A program made the translations under genes and the position numbers. 64,000 bases of DNA, taken from Malacoraja senta (taxonomy: Eukaryota). The stretch is taken from contig JAXLNO010005343.1 in NCBI GenBank assembly GCA_038087875.1, positions 62,001 through 126,000 of the forward strand, read 5' to 3'. This document shows, one piece after another, positions 63,401 to 64,000 of this stretch. Position 1 is the first letter of the stretch. The number at the start of each line of letters is the position of its first letter. The notes below the pieces were generated by a model. The model searched no databases, was not told the DNA's origin, and saw only the letters and a list, made by a program, of their open reading frames with translations.

Positions 63401-63795
63401 TTCCAAAAGATTTGGTCTCCATTTATCGACATTACAAATATAGGGTGCAACAAAATGTTGATAATAAATGGTTTCAGGACCTGGTGAGGGGTGAGTAAAG
63501 ATATGAAGTAGGTACATCCCTTTTATCTTGTCTTATCTTATCTTACTTTTTTTTTTTTTTTAATGTTCCTTCTTTTGGTTTTTCTCTTTTGTTTAACTCT
63601 TTCTTGTGATTTAGGTCCCTATGGGTATTCCTAGACCACTCTTTCACTCACTCACTTACTATCTCTGCTAGCTCTCTCTATCCTTTTTCTTATTAAAGTT
63701 TAAAATAAGAAGTGGTACAAGAAATGTCTAATTTTATGTTTGTTTGAGATCACTGTATTGTACAATACTTCTAATTTTAAAAAAATTTAAAAAAT
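60420..63795 (+). mobile_element. Second L1-clade LINE, 5'-truncated, internally deleted and frameshifted
   Basis: Endonuclease IIGGDFNCVLD...IDY...SDH, RT ISLDAEKAFD/YADD, C-terminal CDKC...HSFVFC, 3'UTR and A-rich end. Clearly paralogous to the element at 1-2730. Confidence 0.93.
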
Positions 63796-63874
63796 GTTTA
63801 AAGCTTCATTAGCTATCCCTCAATCCATGTGCCCAACTGATCAAGATCCTGCTGTAATTTTTGATGACCGTCTT

Positions 63875-64000
63875 ACATAGATACATAGATACATAGAAAA
63901 TAGGTGCAGGAGTAGGCCATTCGGCCCTTCGAGCCTGCACCGCCATTCAATATGATCATGGCTGATCATCCAACTCAGTATCCCGTACCTGCCCTCTCTC
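63875..64000 (-). mobile_element. CR1 3' end running off the window
   Basis: (atagatac)n followed by ataggtgcaggagtaggccattcggccc, as at 30697. Confidence 0.85.

Overview
Eukaryotic, repeat-rich vertebrate DNA, most likely from a cartilaginous fish (skate/ray). The organism is inferred from HE1-like V-SINEs, CR1/HER1-like LINEs, fish-type L1, Penelope and Tc1 content. Most ORF-track entries are transposon fragments or noise. The host content, assembled by hand from splice sites and exon phases, is two convergently oriented, non-rearranging immunoglobulin-superfamily receptor genes with an antigen-receptor-like V(J)-C1 ectodomain. Gene B (minus strand, 57055->39101) is complete and in frame: leader, VJ, C1, TM, and 3-4 cytoplasmic exons with four tyrosine motifs (PTYADL, ITYGQV, LTYATL, TVYAGI) that closely resemble the SIRP-alpha tail. 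Gene A (plus strand, from 8790) has leader, VJ and C1 exons and a candidate Arg-containing TM exon that stops inside/after an A7 run just before a splice donor. About 15 kb downstream lies an orphan plus-strand ITIM exon (30498-30608) paralogous to one in gene B. The pair looks like a paired inhibitory/activating (or switchable) SIRP/NKp30-like receptor locus. The rest is L1, CR1, Rex1, Penelope, a HERO-type REL retrotransposon, Tc1, a foldback element, SINEs, microsatellites and one assembly gap. All exon calls come from manual translation; no database searches were run.
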